NCBI GenBank assembly: GCA_015523565.1
Contig: WAKA01000193.1
Location: 1,153-65,152 of the forward strand
Source of the DNA: Candidatus Heimdallarchaeota archaeon
GTDB taxonomy: Archaea; Asgardarchaeota; Heimdallarchaeia; Heimdallarchaeales; Kariarchaeaceae
Direction of reading: 5' to 3'
Length of the DNA stretch: 64,000 bases
Position numbers and translations under genes: made by a program. Numbering within the stretch: the first letter of the stretch is position 1; each line of letters begins with the position of its first letter. The notes below the pieces were generated by a model. The model was given only the letters and a program-made list of their open reading frames with translations, did no database searches and had not been told where the DNA came from. This document shows positions 29,081 through 38,931 of this stretch, piece after piece.

Positions 29081-29705
29081 AATTTGTGGAATAACTTCCT
29101 TTGAAGAGATTGATACAATCAATCAGTACCCTGTTGATTTTGTGGGATTTGTGGTCGGTTCACCAAAGTCAAGGAGAAATCTGGAGCTTCACAAAATGAA
29201 TGAATTGATTGGACATTTGAGAGAGGAAATCAAATCGGTGGCTGTCACGGTGAATCCCATGATATTGGAATCCCTTAATGAAAGTGAAGTGGAAATCGTG
29301 CAGTTGCATGGAAATGCAAGAGCAGAGAGACATGTCCTTGAGAAGAAGGTGGCGATGGCGATGACTTATGAGGAATATCAAACAATCCATGCAACAGGCA
29401 TGGAATACGTCGTTGTTGACAGCCGCACAAAGGATCACTATGGAGGGACAGGGAAGACATGGAAATGGAGGGAACTTTCATGGAAGAAAACACCTGTATT
29501 GGTTGCAGGTGGCATAACTCCAGAAAACATGGTGGAAGCGTTGGAAAAGACCAAGGCAGATGGAGTCGATCTCTCATCGGGCTTGGAAAAAGATGGCAAG
29601 AAGGATCAAAAATTGATTGCCAGATTATTTGAGAGATATAAATATGTTGAGAGAGCATTTGAGAGGTATAGATATGTTGAGACAATCACTAATGACAGAA
29701 CCTGA
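29070..29705 (+). CDS. trpF: phosphoribosylanthranilate isomerase with short repetitive C-terminal tail
   Basis: MLIKICGIT start and VQLHG. The tail [18 protein letters not shown] is encoded by a 30-bp tandem duplication. Confidence 0.8.
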   Translation: MLIKICGITSFEEIDTINQYPVDFVGFVVGSPKSRRNLELHKMNELIGHLREEIKSVAVTVNPMILESLNESEVEIVQLHGNARAERHVLEKKVAMAMTYEEYQTIHATGMEYVVVDSRTKDHYGGTGKTWKWRELSWKKTPVLVAGGITPENMVEALEKTKADGVDLSSGLEKDGKKDQKLIARLFERYKYVERAFERYRYVETITNDRT

Positions 29706-30867
29706 TGAAAGAGGATATTTTGGGAGATTCGGAGGTCGATTTGTTCCTGAATCACTTATTCCCGCGTTAGACGAGTTGACAGAAGCGTTTTATCGGCTAC
29801 GCAACCAACAAAAATTTCAGGAAGAATTGGCAGATTACAATCGTCACTATGGAGGAAGACCAAGTCCACTGTATTTTGCAAAACGGCTGACTGAATATGC
29901 GGGAGGGGCAAGAATCTTCCTGAAACGCGAGGATTTGATACATGGAGGTGCACACAAATTCAACAATGCGATGGGTCAGGGATTATTGACAAAATACCTT
30001 GGGAAGAAAAGGATTATTGCCGAGACGGGAGCTGGTCAACATGGAACAGCAACAGCAATGATTGGAGCACTCTTGGGAATTGAGACAGTGATTTACATGG
30101 GGGAAAAGGATATTGAACGACAACAGCCAAACGTCCAGCGCATGCGGTTAATGGGAGCAGATGTGGTGCCTGTCAAAACAGGGAGCAGGACACTTAAAGA
30201 TGCAGTCAATGAGGCATTGAGGGATTGGGTACGTAATGTGGAAACCACCCATTACCTGATCGGGTCTGTTGTGGGACCCCATCCATTCCCCCTAATGGTT
30301 CGCCATTTCCAATCAGTTATAGGCCAAGAAGTAAAGCATGATTTCCTTGAATATTTTGGGGAGTTGCCCGATTTGGTCATGGCATGTGTAGGTGGTGGAT
30401 CAAATGCGGCAGGAAGCTTCCATCCATTCATAGAGGATACAAAAGTGAAACTACTGGGTGTTGAGGCAGGCGGGAAGGGAGATCAGGCAAATAGCAGGTC
30501 AATCACTTGCGGTTCCCAAGGCATTCTTCATGGATCGATGAGTTATCTTCTTCAAAATGAAGAAGGACAGGTGAAAGAGGCACATTCAGTTTCAGCGGGA
30601 TTGGATTATCCTGGAGTCGGTCCAGAGCTTGCATATTGGAATGAGACAGGAAGGGTAGATTTCACATACGCAGCCGACAAGGAGGCATTGGATGCCATGA
30701 GATTGTTGAGCAGGCTCGAAGGAATTATTCCTGCATTGGAAAGTTCTCATGCAATTGCACGGGCAATAGATGTCGCAAAGACCATGGATAAAGACGAGAG
30801 GATAGTCGTCACACTATCAGGAAGAGGGGACAAGGATCTTGAAACAATTCAGGGGAAAATGACATGA
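29674..30867 (+). CDS. trpB: tryptophan synthase beta chain
   Basis: [19 protein letters not shown] (PLP Lys) and GGGSNAAG. Start chosen at ATG 29674, which has GAGAGG 7 nt upstream. ATGs at 29644 and 29692 are alternatives. Confidence 0.85.
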   Translation: MLRQSLMTEPDERGYFGRFGGRFVPESLIPALDELTEAFYRLRNQQKFQEELADYNRHYGGRPSPLYFAKRLTEYAGGARIFLKREDLIHGGAHKFNNAMGQGLLTKYLGKKRIIAETGAGQHGTATAMIGALLGIETVIYMGEKDIERQQPNVQRMRLMGADVVPVKTGSRTLKDAVNEALRDWVRNVETTHYLIGSVVGPHPFPLMVRHFQSVIGQEVKHDFLEYFGELPDLVMACVGGGSNAAGSFHPFIEDTKVKLLGVEAGGKGDQANSRSITCGSQGILHGSMSYLLQNEEGQVKEAHSVSAGLDYPGVGPELAYWNETGRVDFTYAADKEALDAMRLLSRLEGIIPALESSHAIARAIDVAKTMDKDERIVVTLSGRGDKDLETIQGKMT

Positions 30868-31571
30868 AGGCGTCAATTTACTTTCCATTTGGTTTTCCAA
30901 CCAAAGAAAAATCACTGACGATTTTTGAGGAAGTTGCCACATCACCAGTACAATATGTCGAGATTGGCATTCCTTATAGTGATCCGTCCGCAGATGGTGA
31001 AATCCTTCAATATGCGTCCCAAGTGGCAATTGAAAATGGGGTCAAGGTCAAAGATGTCTGGGAGGCAGTTGATTTGGTAAAGAGACATGGCAAAAAGGCA
31101 GTCATCATGACATATGCCAACATCATTTACCAATACGGTATAGATGAGTTTGTTGAAGAGGCAAAAAGACATGCATTGGACGGCATCATTGTTCCTGACA
31201 TAACAGTTGAGGAGTTTCCCCAAAAGCTCAAATTGTTGAAACCAATATTCTTGGTACCTCCAAATGTGAAGGAAGAGAGACTGGAAAGAATAGTCAGGAA
31301 TTCTGGCGAGTTTGTATACATTCAGTCCAGATTAGGCATCACAGGTCAAAAGGAAAAATTTGATCCAAGGGTGAAATGGATTTTGGATGAAATAAAGGAA
31401 ATAGACAAGGACAAAAACAAATTCATTGGCTTTGGCATACATTCCGCAAATGACGTGAAACTGTTCAGAAAACTTGGTGCAAATGGGATCATTGTCGGGT
31501 CTGCACTTGTAAAGGCAATAATGGAAGGAAAAGGCATTGAAGAAACAATTGACAATTTGTTGGACACCTAA
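30864..31571 (+). CDS. trpA: tryptophan synthase alpha chain
   Basis: [19 protein letters not shown] resembles E.G.PFSDP.ADGP.IQ. ATGA overlap with trpB. Confidence 0.85.
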   Translation: MKASIYFPFGFPTKEKSLTIFEEVATSPVQYVEIGIPYSDPSADGEILQYASQVAIENGVKVKDVWEAVDLVKRHGKKAVIMTYANIIYQYGIDEFVEEAKRHALDGIIVPDITVEEFPQKLKLLKPIFLVPPNVKEERLERIVRNSGEFVYIQSRLGITGQKEKFDPRVKWILDEIKEIDKDKNKFIGFGIHSANDVKLFRKLGANGIIVGSALVKAIMEGKGIEETIDNLLDT

Positions 31572-31730
31572 ATTCAAGAGAGCATTTGTGGACATCTAAA
31601 TTCAAGAGAGCATCTGAATTTCGTGAATGTAATAGATCAACTAGTTTTGCCCGCCACAACAAAGTACCATTTCTGGTTTGAATTTTCTCAAAAGGTTTAA
31701 TAGAGGAGCAAAAAAACTTAGTAACTGTAA

Positions 31731-33077
31731 ATGATTGCATCCATGAGTCTTCAAGAGCAGATTGATTTTTTGGAAAAGAATTTTGACATTCCTGAAGACA
31801 GAGCAGAGGGATTGAAGTTTTATTTCTCCAACCTTATGGAAACACAGGACTTTTTGAGGATGATTTCTGCAATTGAAGAGCTGTTAACTGTGCAAAAGAG
31901 TTGGTTGCCGACCATTGTCAAACTAAAAATAATGGAGGAAAGTATAATCCATTGCAGTGAGGAGATCTATCTTTTTGAATTGATAGGGACAATGAAGGAA
32001 TATATCAACAGGATTTTTGAAACAGAAATGATTTCTGAGGCACTTGCTGTTCAGATTGTCTCGACATTCAAACAGATTGCCGAAATTTTTGCAAGGCAAG
32101 GCATATACCAAACAGCAATTGACCTGTATTCTGAAGCAATTACAATTGGAAAGTCGTTCAAGATACCGAATGAAAATCAGGCAATCCTCATATATGACCT
32201 TTTAAGGACTTATGAATCATTGGAAAGGATGAAAGATGCATTTGAACTGGCATTTTTAGGGTACAAGACCGTTGAGCATTCGCCAGTGATCATTTGGAGA
32301 CATTTGTTTGAAAGAACATTGGAGGTATTCAGTTCACATTTGATACAAACCTATTTGAGGAGTGCAGAGGGAATGGCATGGGAGGGGGATCTGGAAACTT
32401 CAAAAAACCAGACCATCAACGCTCTCAGGGTTGTTGCAGTGCTATTGCGGATTAAGGAGGGCACCACACACCAGATCAGGACTGCATTGGATCAAATAAG
32501 GACAGTCATGGTCAGGCAACGCCTTGTTGGACAGGAAGAGGTGGAGATTTATGACATATTGGGGCAATTGATGGTCAAGGAATTCAAGAGGACAAAAATC
32601 AAAACCATTGCAGATTCACTGATCAAGTACTGTGATTTGGCATTCATTCCATCAATCAGCGTATTGCTGGTCATTTACAAGAGCACACCAATTTATTCAA
32701 TTACTTTGGGCAATGATATGCAAAAGGCACAGAATAGGTCGATTTTCAAGGAAGAGGGGCAAGTGCTTTTTTCCGCCTTGTTGTCTGCTGTTTCGTCGTC
32801 AATGGAGGAGACCTTAGGAGGGCAAAACAAAGTGAAGCATATAGAATATGGCTCTCAGACCATCGTTGTCGAGTCAAGGGATGAGGTTGACATATTGTTG
32901 CTTGTGGATCGTGAAACCACCGAATTGCGGGAGTCAATGATACAGTTTTTGGAAAATGTACTTTCAAAAGGGTTTGTCGAAATGTTTTCCGACGGCATAC
33001 ATAGCAAAAAAGAGTATAGGCAATTCTTGGATCCAATTATCAGGGAGGCATTCAATCGGTATATCCAAATGAGGTAG
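31731..33077 (+). CDS. hypothetical protein: helical (TPR-like) N-region plus C-terminal Roadblock/longin-like domain; paralogue of 56292-57635
   Basis: 448 aa. Blocks shared with the paralogue: IYQTAIDLY, LKYCDL, LSAL.SAVSSSM.ETL, GSQT and DRET.ELR. TATA-like GGTTTAATAGAG lies about 27 nt upstream (leaderless pattern). Confidence 0.6.
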   Translation: MIASMSLQEQIDFLEKNFDIPEDRAEGLKFYFSNLMETQDFLRMISAIEELLTVQKSWLPTIVKLKIMEESIIHCSEEIYLFELIGTMKEYINRIFETEMISEALAVQIVSTFKQIAEIFARQGIYQTAIDLYSEAITIGKSFKIPNENQAILIYDLLRTYESLERMKDAFELAFLGYKTVEHSPVIIWRHLFERTLEVFSSHLIQTYLRSAEGMAWEGDLETSKNQTINALRVVAVLLRIKEGTTHQIRTALDQIRTVMVRQRLVGQEEVEIYDILGQLMVKEFKRTKIKTIADSLIKYCDLAFIPSISVLLVIYKSTPIYSITLGNDMQKAQNRSIFKEEGQVLFSALLSAVSSSMEETLGGQNKVKHIEYGSQTIVVESRDEVDILLLVDRETTELRESMIQFLENVLSKGFVEMFSDGIHSKKEYRQFLDPIIREAFNRYIQMR

Positions 33078-33119
33078 CAAAAGTTTTATTGGACAAAATT
33101 GAATAGTTTGTGAAGGCAA

Positions 33120-34655
33120 ATGGGAAAAGCGTTGGCAGTGATGGTGATCGTATTCGTCATTCTCTGTGGAGTTCCCATTGCCTCCAGTTCTGCGCAGGCA
33201 TCATTCAATGTCGAGATAACCCCTGGAATTATTGATAGGGGGATAATGCAACCAGGGGTGTCTGGAAATGGTACATTTAGATTGATCAATCATGACAGCA
33301 ATGATGCAAAGGTGGAGATCCATGTCATTAGGAGCAATCCAAATATCACAATTGATTTTCCAGAATCTGTAGATTTGAATCCTCTTGAGGAAAAAACAGT
33401 ATCCATAAAATTTGTGACACCCTCAAACCCTGGAGAATATGTCATTAAAGTTAAGTTCAGACCTGCAACCGTCAATGAGGGATCTGGAGGAGGGGCTGTC
33501 CCTGAGTTTGAAGCAAAAATATTGTTTTCAGTCCCAGGGATAAAAGTCAATATCTTTCATGTTGATTCAGGTGAACCAAACGAGGACTTGTTGATGTATC
33601 TTGAAGTTTCCTCATATAACCTGACATTTACATCTTTTGAAGGGAAGGTTGAATTTAGCCAAGGGGGAAATGTTGTTTCAACAATGGCAATCAAAAAAAA
33701 TGCGGGAAATGAAACTAACCAACTAAACTGGTCGAGATTGATCCAATTTGACCAAGAAGGTGCCTATGTTGGAATTTTGAACCTTAAGGTCAATTCAACC
33801 AAAGGAGTCATTCCAGTTGGTGAAAGAGTATTGTTTATAGTTGGAAGATCAATTCCCTTTATTTCTGTAAAAGTGAATGACAATAGCAGTGAGATTTTCT
33901 CCCTTGAAATCATCGCAGACAATAATGGCACACTGCCATACCTCCTTTCATTGGGTATTGAAATAAGGGATTCAGACACTGGAGAACTGGCTCTTTCTGA
34001 ATCAATTGCCGATGTTGTTGAAAGAAGGACATCATACATAATACCCGTTGTTGTACCGAAAGAGGGAACATATGACGCGATAATTACAGGTAGTGCAGGA
34101 GGAAAGCCAATTGCCAAGATAATCAAACTTGGTCAGGTAGCGCAGACAATTATCGGGAAAGAGCCGCCAAGTAACGCAATCCCGCCTGTTTTCTTATTGG
34201 CAGGGACAATTGCGGTCATTGGAGTTCTTGGGTTATCCCTATTATTGAAGATCAGACACAAGAAGGTATCCATTGTAAATTCCATCATTGCGTTGCATTC
34301 ATTTACAGAAAGTGGAGAGGGATTGTTTACCTATGATATGCAAAATAAGGAGATAGATGAGATGGACTTCAATAGACTCGGCAAGATTGTCTTGGCGATT
34401 AATTCTGTAGAAGTGCCTGATTCAAAATTCATTTCCGTGAAATTCGATGACCAAAGCAAGCTGTTTGTCACCTTGATCAATGGACTTGGATTTGCAGTGG
34501 AAGTGCCAGTGAAGATGACAATAGACGAGGTTGAGAGTTCGGGTATCTTGCACGGATTGAGGAAAATCGAGGAAGACAGAGGAAACAAACTGAAGAATGG
34601 GTTGGTTGATGTTTCTGCAGATTATCTGGAGTATTTGATAGGAGAGACAGAATGA
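33120..34655 (+). CDS. single-pass membrane protein: signal peptide, beta-rich ectodomain, TM, cytoplasmic Roadblock-like domain
   Basis: The signal peptide ends SSSAQA. The TM segment is IPPVFLLAGTIAVIGVLGLSLLL followed by KIRHKK. The C-terminal 135 aa, IIALHSFTESGEGLFTYDM...FNRLGKIVLAINSV...FISVKFDDQSKLFVTLINGLGFAVEV, follow a beta-beta-alpha-beta-beta pattern. Confidence 0.6.
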   Translation: MGKALAVMVIVFVILCGVPIASSSAQASFNVEITPGIIDRGIMQPGVSGNGTFRLINHDSNDAKVEIHVIRSNPNITIDFPESVDLNPLEEKTVSIKFVTPSNPGEYVIKVKFRPATVNEGSGGGAVPEFEAKILFSVPGIKVNIFHVDSGEPNEDLLMYLEVSSYNLTFTSFEGKVEFSQGGNVVSTMAIKKNAGNETNQLNWSRLIQFDQEGAYVGILNLKVNSTKGVIPVGERVLFIVGRSIPFISVKVNDNSSEIFSLEIIADNNGTLPYLLSLGIEIRDSDTGELALSESIADVVERRTSYIIPVVVPKEGTYDAIITGSAGGKPIAKIIKLGQVAQTIIGKEPPSNAIPPVFLLAGTIAVIGVLGLSLLLKIRHKKVSIVNSIIALHSFTESGEGLFTYDMQNKEIDEMDFNRLGKIVLAINSVEVPDSKFISVKFDDQSKLFVTLINGLGFAVEVPVKMTIDEVESSGILHGLRKIEEDRGNKLKNGLVDVSADYLEYLIGETE

Positions 34656-34702
34656 TAAAACGTTAAGCTTCTCAGAAAAAATATAAATAACAAAACAGAT
34701 AA

Positions 34703-35620
34703 ATGCACATGAAACGCCTAGTTTGGGTCGGAAGTATAATTTTGGTGGGGATACTTCTAGTTGGCTTGATACCCAGCTCTGCAATTACTGGGACAGGATC
34801 AGCTTCAGGAACCATTACAGGAGCTGTTGACATCAATATCACAGACAGCACCATTTCCATGACAGGGTTGACATTCAGCCAAAGTGGAGATACAGCCACT
34901 ATTGGAAGCGCAACCCGTTATATTTTTGACAGTGAGAATGATGGTGGTGCAACCAATGACGGTATCACATTCTCAGAGGGAACCACAAATGTAGCGGTCT
35001 ATTATTATGTCAATACAACATCATTCTCAGCCCCGTCTGGTGTGACTGCTTCAGTATGGGATTGGACATGGTACAAGAAATCAGGAAACACCTACAATCC
35101 ACAATCATGGAATGGAGTCACCGTAGGTGGTGCATATGGTGCCTATATGGTACAGAACATCACAGCAACAACTGCCTCTTCTGTTACAGGATCGGTTACA
35201 CCACCGTCCGGAGTAACTGCAACTGGTGAGGGAAGCACAACGGTCACAGTATTGGTTTCTACAGATGGAACAAATTGGCAAGAGACAACAATCACCCTTT
35301 ACTTTGTCACTGACGGAACCACATTGTATTTTGATGATGACAGTAACATGAATGAGGTTACTGAAACAGGAGTCAACTATTTCTCAGTCACTGCAACAGG
35401 AGGACAGGTGTCCATTCTTGGAAATACCTTTGTGTTGACAACTGCAATTCCATCAGGGACAAGCAGTACGTTTTCACTTTACTTCGGATTTTATTCTGAT
35501 GAATCAGCCAATACAAACGTTGACGGAACCAGTTTCACATATTATATCATACTTGCATTGCCATTCGGACCAGCAGGCACATATTCAGCAACAATGACAA
35601 TTACAGGTTCCGCAGCATAA
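34703..35620 (+). CDS. secreted Thr/Ser/Gly-rich protein
   Basis: N-terminal signal or anchor MKRLVWVGSIILVGILLVGLIPSSA. 305 aa, T/S/G-rich, with no C-terminal TM segment. Confidence 0.55.
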   Translation: MHMKRLVWVGSIILVGILLVGLIPSSAITGTGSASGTITGAVDINITDSTISMTGLTFSQSGDTATIGSATRYIFDSENDGGATNDGITFSEGTTNVAVYYYVNTTSFSAPSGVTASVWDWTWYKKSGNTYNPQSWNGVTVGGAYGAYMVQNITATTASSVTGSVTPPSGVTATGEGSTTVTVLVSTDGTNWQETTITLYFVTDGTTLYFDDDSNMNEVTETGVNYFSVTATGGQVSILGNTFVLTTAIPSGTSSTFSLYFGFYSDESANTNVDGTSFTYYIILALPFGPAGTYSATMTITGSAA

Positions 35621-35691
35621 AAGTCCATATTTAAAAAAGCAAATACAACAACTTGAAAATACAAATCCAAAACATGAAAAAATTAAATTCG

Positions 35692-36243
35692 CTAAAAATT
35701 GCCCAAAAGTTGATCCAGCATGTTATTTCCCATAATGAAAAAGCTTTTCTTCACATTGTAGCCCGTTTTTGCAGATGTAAAGGCATATGGGACACTCATG
35801 CCCAACCAGTCTGACAATTGCTTGGAATACTCTTTCACAAGTTCTTCAGTGACAACTTGCTCGTCAACAAGGTCTATCTTGTTTCCTATGATCATAAGGG
35901 GGATTTTCTGGTGGTTAAGGGATTGGTCTAGTTTTTGTAGCCAATTGAAGAGGTTTTGGTAGGTTTCGTATCGAGTCACATCAAAAACAAGGATTGCACC
36001 TTTGGCACCCTTATAATAATTCGCGGTAACATTTGAGAATTTTGTCTGACCTGCAATGTCCCATATCTGAAGAATGATTTCATAGTCTTCACTTATCTCT
36101 ATGGGCACCCGTGCAAAATCAGCCCCAATTGTCATGTCTTGGTTGGGATCGAACTTGTCTTCCGTGATCCGTCGTTTAAGAGAGGTTTTACCAACGGCCC
36201 CGTCGCCAAGCAATACCAATTTTGCGATGAACTTTTTCTTCAA
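35692..36243 (-). CDS. Ras-superfamily small GTPase, Rab/Ras-like
   Basis: G1 GDGAVGKT, switch I TIGADF, G3 WDIAGQ, G4 GNKIDL and G5 TSAKTG. TTG start. No C-terminal Cys for prenylation. Confidence 0.85.
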   Translation of the reverse strand: MKKKFIAKLVLLGDGAVGKTSLKRRITEDKFDPNQDMTIGADFARVPIEISEDYEIILQIWDIAGQTKFSNVTANYYKGAKGAILVFDVTRYETYQNLFNWLQKLDQSLNHQKIPLMIIGNKIDLVDEQVVTEELVKEYSKQLSDWLGMSVPYAFTSAKTGYNVKKSFFIMGNNMLDQLLGNF

Positions 36244-36474
36244 GTTATATTCATTTCAAGAATTATTCTATTTAACTTAACTGATTTCATTTTGCAAGTT
36301 TTCAAAATTTTGTTGACCAACAGGATTGAACAAAAAACAACTGGAATTCAGAAGGGTTGTTAAAAGGAATTTGAGACTTTCAAGAAAAACACACTTTCCT
36401 TAACAGAAATATCTTTGGGATATAAGGAGACTAAAATATATCAATGGTTTTTTTCTTCATAATCTTTGGATTTT

Positions 36475-37764
36475 TCAGATATTGAAATCCCTGGATGCAA
36501 CAGTAAAGCTTGTATCTGTGCTTCCAGATGCACTCAATGGACCGACAGAGAGTTTCAATGATCCCTTTATGCCTGCTGTGACATCGACATGTATTGACTT
36601 TTCACCCTTGATTGCATTCAAGAAATCAATGGCTATTTTTATCCAAGCATTAAGGTCAATATTGGATGAAGCAACAGTCCACCATAATACTCTGAAGGAC
36701 TGCTTTGAAGACAAGCTTGTAGAAACGGTAAGGAACAATTTCCTCATTGTATAATATGTCCCATCATAGGTATAGCCTTCTGTTCTGGCACCAACACCCA
36801 AAGAATAGTCAAAACCAAAGGTGTATCCAAATAGTTTGATGTTGACACTGGAGTCCAATGATGTAGAGGGTTGAATGATTATTTCATTGGTGTCTCCGAT
36901 TCTAAAGTAAATGTCTGCCAAAGTAATTGATTGGTCAAACAGGTCAATTGGTGAGATGCCAGGGCATTCCAATGACACTGATGCCTCGACACCCACAGAA
37001 ACATGGTTGTAGTTCTTTCCGTTTAATGTTGCAGTTCCTTCGTAATCTTTTGAAATGCCCACGTCAAATGCCAAAGTGCAAATACCGATTGAGTACATGA
37101 CAAGAAGGGCAATAAATTGGATGATTGCATCTATCGCCTTTTCAAGCAGATATTGAAAATCAGGGACATAACCTGAAGATCCAGGATTGGTAATCATCAT
37201 GGGATCCTTTGGATGGGCAGATCTGCTTAAAATCTCACCTAAAAAGTTGGAGAAGACAAATTGAAGGTAACTCAATACATTATTTGCCAAATATCCAGAC
37301 TGGATTTGTCCGAGGAAATATGCTAGGCTGATGATTTCAGCAACAAGTGCATCTACCACACCATCGAATGAGGATATCAATTTTGAACCAAGTATGGATT
37401 TCGTGACATAATTGTCTGAGTAGCATGCAATCATGTAAACATATTCTGCGGAAGAAACAGCGGCAGTTGAAATTTCTGCCCAAGAAACATTGCCACCAAT
37501 TGAAATTCCTGTGGGAGAGCCATGTCCAATCACAAACAAATGAGATACCTTGCCAATGTTTTCAATATTGGTAAAGAATACAATTGAGGTTGATGGCATG
37601 ATTCTTGCCAAATCCATGGCAACCTGTGATGAGAGGTAATCGTTTTGGTCGTAAAGAATGCCGATAATTGGTTCTGTTTGATTGGAATTGACATAAAACA
37701 ACCCAAATGACGAAACTGAAATTATAACAAGCATGATTATTGCAATAGATTTGTGGTGTTTCAT
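36475..37764 (-). CDS. hypothetical signal-anchored protein with possible clan CD (caspase/legumain-like) His-Cys dyad and beta-rich C-terminal half
   Basis: Trimmed to MKHHKSIAIIMLVIISVSSFGLF. HLFVIGHGSP and, about 35 aa later, YMIACYSD resemble the HG...AC dyad. There is one further internal hydrophobic helix. Confidence 0.45.
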   Translation of the reverse strand: MKHHKSIAIIMLVIISVSSFGLFYVNSNQTEPIIGILYDQNDYLSSQVAMDLARIMPSTSIVFFTNIENIGKVSHLFVIGHGSPTGISIGGNVSWAEISTAAVSSAEYVYMIACYSDNYVTKSILGSKLISSFDGVVDALVAEIISLAYFLGQIQSGYLANNVLSYLQFVFSNFLGEILSRSAHPKDPMMITNPGSSGYVPDFQYLLEKAIDAIIQFIALLVMYSIGICTLAFDVGISKDYEGTATLNGKNYNHVSVGVEASVSLECPGISPIDLFDQSITLADIYFRIGDTNEIIIQPSTSLDSSVNIKLFGYTFGFDYSLGVGARTEGYTYDGTYYTMRKLFLTVSTSLSSKQSFRVLWWTVASSNIDLNAWIKIAIDFLNAIKGEKSIHVDVTAGIKGSLKLSVGPLSASGSTDTSFTVASRDFNI

Positions 37765-37872
37765 AGCAATTGAAATGGAGAAACTATTGTTTTTATTGCA
37801 ATCTAGAAACATGCAATTAGGAAATTTTTGGGAAAATCATTTCTACAATATGTTTGAGCATAAAGAATAATG

Positions 37873-38931
37873 TCAGGATGCATTCACTGTTCGATGCAAT
37901 TGTTCCAGATTGAAAATATAGGTGGTTGTACCCAAGTGTTTCTTGAACCCCATCCGGGTATTGATTGAAAGCATTGCATCATTGGTTATGTCATTGGCAG
38001 TGACAATCACCTTGACCTGAGGATATTTCTTGGTAAACCATAGAAGCATGTGGGACTTCAGGAGCTTACCAAGACCACGACCCCTATATTCCTGTTTTAC
38101 ACCCGTCAAGTTTTGGAATGCCTTTTCAGGCATTGAGGGATGATAGAAAATTTCAGTCAGTCCTGAGATCCGACTATCCTTTTCGCGACTGATTAGCGTG
38201 TACCACTTCAGACCTTTCTCTTTTTGCCTTTTTTCCTCAATCCTTCTGCTTTCAGGAGTGACTGTGATCTCACCATCAAATTCACCTAACGGTTGCTGAT
38301 TCACTGTTTCCTGATATATGTTGCAATACTCCTCAATTATGTCTTCAGGACAGTCTTCAAAGAATTGAAGGGAAATTCCTTCTTTTTCCGCGAATTTTAG
38401 ACCAGTTGTGTTCCATTCACGAATCAGATCCCAATTGGCATTTTCCAGAACCAATCGATTTTCAGCACCTTCATTTGACTTACGACCTCCAATTTTTTCA
38501 CAAAAATGATTGCCTGCATCATTTAGGGAATTCCCCATTAATTTTGACAAATCAGACGCGTTTTTTGAAACACTGATAAGCTGTTGAAAAAGTTTCATGC
38601 CAATGCCACACCTTCGAAAATCCTTGTGGACGCGAATGTTGAGAAATCCAACATGCTTATTTTTGTCGTAGCCAGGAGCATTTTTTTTCATCCAGCCAAT
38701 ATTGCCAGAGCCTACAATCCTATTTCCATTCCATGCGATGAATTGGGAAACATGATAGTGCGGATGGGGCATTTTAATGTCTTTTCTAATTAATTCCCTT
38801 GGCACGGGAGGATCATCAGGGGAAATTTCTGCCTGAAAATCAACCATGAGGTCAATGAATTTGTCCAATACCTCATCAGGGGCATTGATCGGATCAAACT
38901 GTTCAATTTTTGCAGATGTCACTGCGCTCAT
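37873..38931 (-). CDS. tandem-GNAT N-acetyltransferase
   Basis: Two acetyl-CoA motifs, FRRCGIGMKLFQQL and YRGRGLGKLLKSHM. Start at Met13 is preferred because CTTTAAAAAA lies about 25-30 nt upstream; the ATG at 38967 is the alternative. Confidence 0.7.
   Translation of the reverse strand: MSAVTSAKIEQFDPINAPDEVLDKFIDLMVDFQAEISPDDPPVPRELIRKDIKMPHPHYHVSQFIAWNGNRIVGSGNIGWMKKNAPGYDKNKHVGFLNIRVHKDFRRCGIGMKLFQQLISVSKNASDLSKLMGNSLNDAGNHFCEKIGGRKSNEGAENRLVLENANWDLIREWNTTGLKFAEKEGISLQFFEDCPEDIIEEYCNIYQETVNQQPLGEFDGEITVTPESRRIEEKRQKEKGLKWYTLISREKDSRISGLTEIFYHPSMPEKAFQNLTGVKQEYRGRGLGKLLKSHMLLWFTKKYPQVKVIVTANDITNDAMLSINTRMGFKKHLGTTTYIFNLEQLHRTVNAS

Noticed and set aside
29617-29673. Longest-ORF start for trpB at 29617
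   Set aside because: That start would add a repetitive leader derived from the 30-bp duplication and overlap trpF by 89 nt. The ATG at 29674 has the better SD. The start at 29644 cannot be fully excluded.
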